A DNA stretch of 64,000 nucleotides from Maricaulis salignorans (lineage in GTDB: Bacteria > Pseudomonadota > Alphaproteobacteria > Caulobacterales > Aquidulcibacteraceae). Both the position numbers and the translations under genes were made by a program. Where the stretch lies: NCBI GenBank assembly GCA_943372135.1, contig CALRXH020000005.1, positions 51,978 to 115,977 on the forward strand, in the 5' to 3' direction. A model generated the notes under the pieces. The model ran no database searches and was not told the origin of the DNA. It was given only the letters and a program-made list of their open reading frames with translations. Positions 62,197 to 64,000 of the stretch are shown one piece after another; the first letter of the stretch is position 1, and every line of letters begins with the position of its first letter.

Positions 62197-64000
62197 TTAG
62201 TACTTAAAGCGAACGCCAATCATATAGCGAGGACCGAAGGTCTCATACTCAATCGGATAGAGTTCACTGTCCGCAAAGCGGCGACCTGGGCTATCGGCGA
62301 GATTAATGCCATCGAACGTCAGTTCGAAATTGTCGTTCAACTGATAGCGTGCCGAGACCGACAGGCTTTCAGAGTCGTTCCAGTAAATGTCGCCATTGCC
62401 GTCTGGAACCAGAGCACCATTGACGGTGGCATAGCCGCCCACGGACTGCAGCCATTTGGTGCGGTATTGATAGGCAATGCGGGCTGACAAGCCATACTTT
62501 TCATAGGTCAGGCCAACATTGGTTACCAGATCAGACGCACCGGGTAGATCAACAACGCGCAAGGGTGCTGTGCCAATTGCTGGGACATTGATCTCGCTAT
62601 CATTGAAATTGGCAGACAGGCGGACGCCAAAGCCTTCCAGCCAATCTGGACCTCCCATGGACTCCACCAACTCCTCAATCGTATGATTGAAGACAACCTC
62701 AACCCCCATCAACTTGCCATCACCGCCATTGCGTATGGTGGTGAAATTGTAGCCAGAACGATCGCGGTCAGGCGTATTCAGGATAGTGCTGCCGAATGTG
62801 CCGCTTTGGGTGAACAAGGCATCCTTGATGTCTTTGTAATAGAAACCGATTTGGAAGTAGCCCTGTGACTTCATATACCATTCGAAATACGCATCAAAGC
62901 CAACCGACTTTTCAGGCTTAGCCTCAGGATTGCCGCCTGTGATGAGGCCGGGAGCATCATCAATGGAGAAGTTTGCCGCCAAATCATCAAAGTCAGGACG
63001 CGCCGCGCCGGTGTTCAGGCTAAGGCGGACCTTCATCTCTTCATTCAGGTCATAATTCACATGGACGCTGGGATAGAACAGCGTGTCATCGCTTTTGAGC
63101 TGCGTTAGGACGCGCGTGCCGCCGATGATTGGCAGGGCCTTTGACGTATTCTCAGTGCGCTCAACGCGGCCGCCGATAATGACACTGCCCCAGTCCTGCT
63201 TGACAGTCGCCATGGCATATGCGGCCGAGATATCTTCTGTCACCTCAAAATACTCACCCGAGCCATCCTGATAGGAACCGATCCGGCGATCCTTCAGGCT
63301 TTGGATGAAGTCGCCAACCTTATCGCCAGAATAATAGCGGAATGTATAGCCAAGCGCATATTTGCCCTTGAAAGCGGTATCGATGGCAAAGTCATTATAG
63401 GTCGGAAGGGCCACGCCGGCAGCCGTGAAGTCAGCTGCGCGGGCACGGTATTGGGTCAAGCGCCGCTTCTTGTCGCGCGTGGTGTACAAGCCACCGACCT
63501 TTAGAGTCGCTTCAGAGCCAAACAGGCTGATGTCACGGCTGGCGTCGAACTTACCCGTCCAGGCCGCAGTCAGATCGCCACCCTCGGCATCTATGATATC
63601 GATGAACAGCATGGGGAAGGCTTCGACGCTACTGACCGCGGGTCCTTTTGAGCGGGTCGTGCCTGTCAAGACTGTGTTGAACAGACGCACCGTATTATTG
63701 GTCACATCCGTGAAGTCATAATCGACAGTTGGTCGAGATGTGATTGTCGAGGGACTCTCGAACGACGGTGTCCCGGTTAAGTCTTGGCCATCCTCGGTCT
63801 CTGTGAAATTCAAACGCCAATCGACGTCCCAACCAAAACGCGCATGCTTCCCGCCGATCGTATTGGTGAAGATGTATTCCTTGATGTCACCCGTGCGAAA
63901 ATTCCAGTTCATCCGGACGCCATAGACGGTGCCTTTGTTCGGCAGGTTGCCGGTGCAAATGTCATTGGCGGCACTGGTTACGATCGTGGTCACAGTCCCA
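62197..64000 (-). CDS. TonB-dependent receptor (copy 2, 5'-partial)
   Basis: Beta-barrel portion collinear with copy 1 (YAMAT.KQDWG.VI.G.R.ERT.N, GFDAYFEWY, YEKYGLSAR, ETFGPRY..GVR); runs off the window end. Confidence 0.93.
   Translation of the reverse strand, partial: GTVTTIVTSAANDICTGNLPNKGTVYGVRMNWNFRTGDIKEYIFTNTIGGKHARFGWDVDWRLNFTETEDGQDLTGTPSFESPSTITSRPTVDYDFTDVTNNTVRLFNTVLTGTTRSKGPAVSSVEAFPMLFIDIIDAEGGDLTAAWTGKFDASRDISLFGSEATLKVGGLYTTRDKKRRLTQYRARAADFTAAGVALPTYNDFAIDTAFKGKYALGYTFRYYSGDKVGDFIQSLKDRRIGSYQDGSGEYFEVTEDISAAYAMATVKQDWGSVIIGGRVERTENTSKALPIIGGTRVLTQLKSDDTLFYPSVHVNYDLNEEMKVRLSLNTGAARPDFDDLAANFSIDDAPGLITGGNPEAKPEKSVGFDAYFEWYMKSQGYFQIGFYYKDIKDALFTQSGTFGSTILNTPDRDRSGYNFTTIRNGGDGKLMGVEVVFNHTIEELVESMGGPDWLEGFGVRLSANFNDSEINVPAIGTAPLRVVDLPGASDLVTNVGLTYEKYGLSARIAYQYRTKWLQSVGGYATVNGALVPDGNGDIYWNDSESLSVSARYQLNDNFELTFDGINLADSPGRRFADSELYPIEYETFGPRYMIGVRFKY

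Overview
A gene-dense, moderately GC-rich window from an alphaproteobacterium, probably Caulobacterales-like (inferred from the short FljK-type flagellin, the DUF952-pyrD pairing and paired TonB-dependent receptors). 1-15 kb is mostly housekeeping: DASS transporter, YjgR/HerA-like ATPase, ALDH, HDAC-family deacetylase, pyrD, purQ, accA, a DUF547-VTT-flavoprotein trio, an orphan OppA-like protein and a YfbK-like vWA lipoprotein. 15-24.4 kb is a co-oriented sulfatase/glutathione/epoxide-hydrolase cluster with its own FGE. 24.5-39.9 kb is a mixed region: tRNA-Arg(CCG), an ABC permease-M1 aminopeptidase fusion, a solo flagellin, XRE-SulP, a back-to-back fasciclin/P-type ATPase deletion scar and a haloalkane dehalogenase. 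39.9-64 kb is an expanded C-P lyase (phosphonate) locus: phnGHIJKL, two phnM, phnF, phnN, phnC, phnE x2, phnD plus a degenerate second phnD, no phnP or phnO in the window, and extra genes (DUF1045 2H-phosphoesterase-like, VOC, EEP, ABC exporter, hexapeptide acetyltransferase, transglutaminase-like) with two paralogous TonB-dependent receptors. Candidate Pho boxes and PhnF operators are visible. The best candidates for an undescribed system are the accessory phosphonate module and the envelope-anchored sulfatase-GST-epoxide hydrolase module. No CRISPR array, integrase or transposase was seen. All functional calls come from motif recognition by eye, not database searches.
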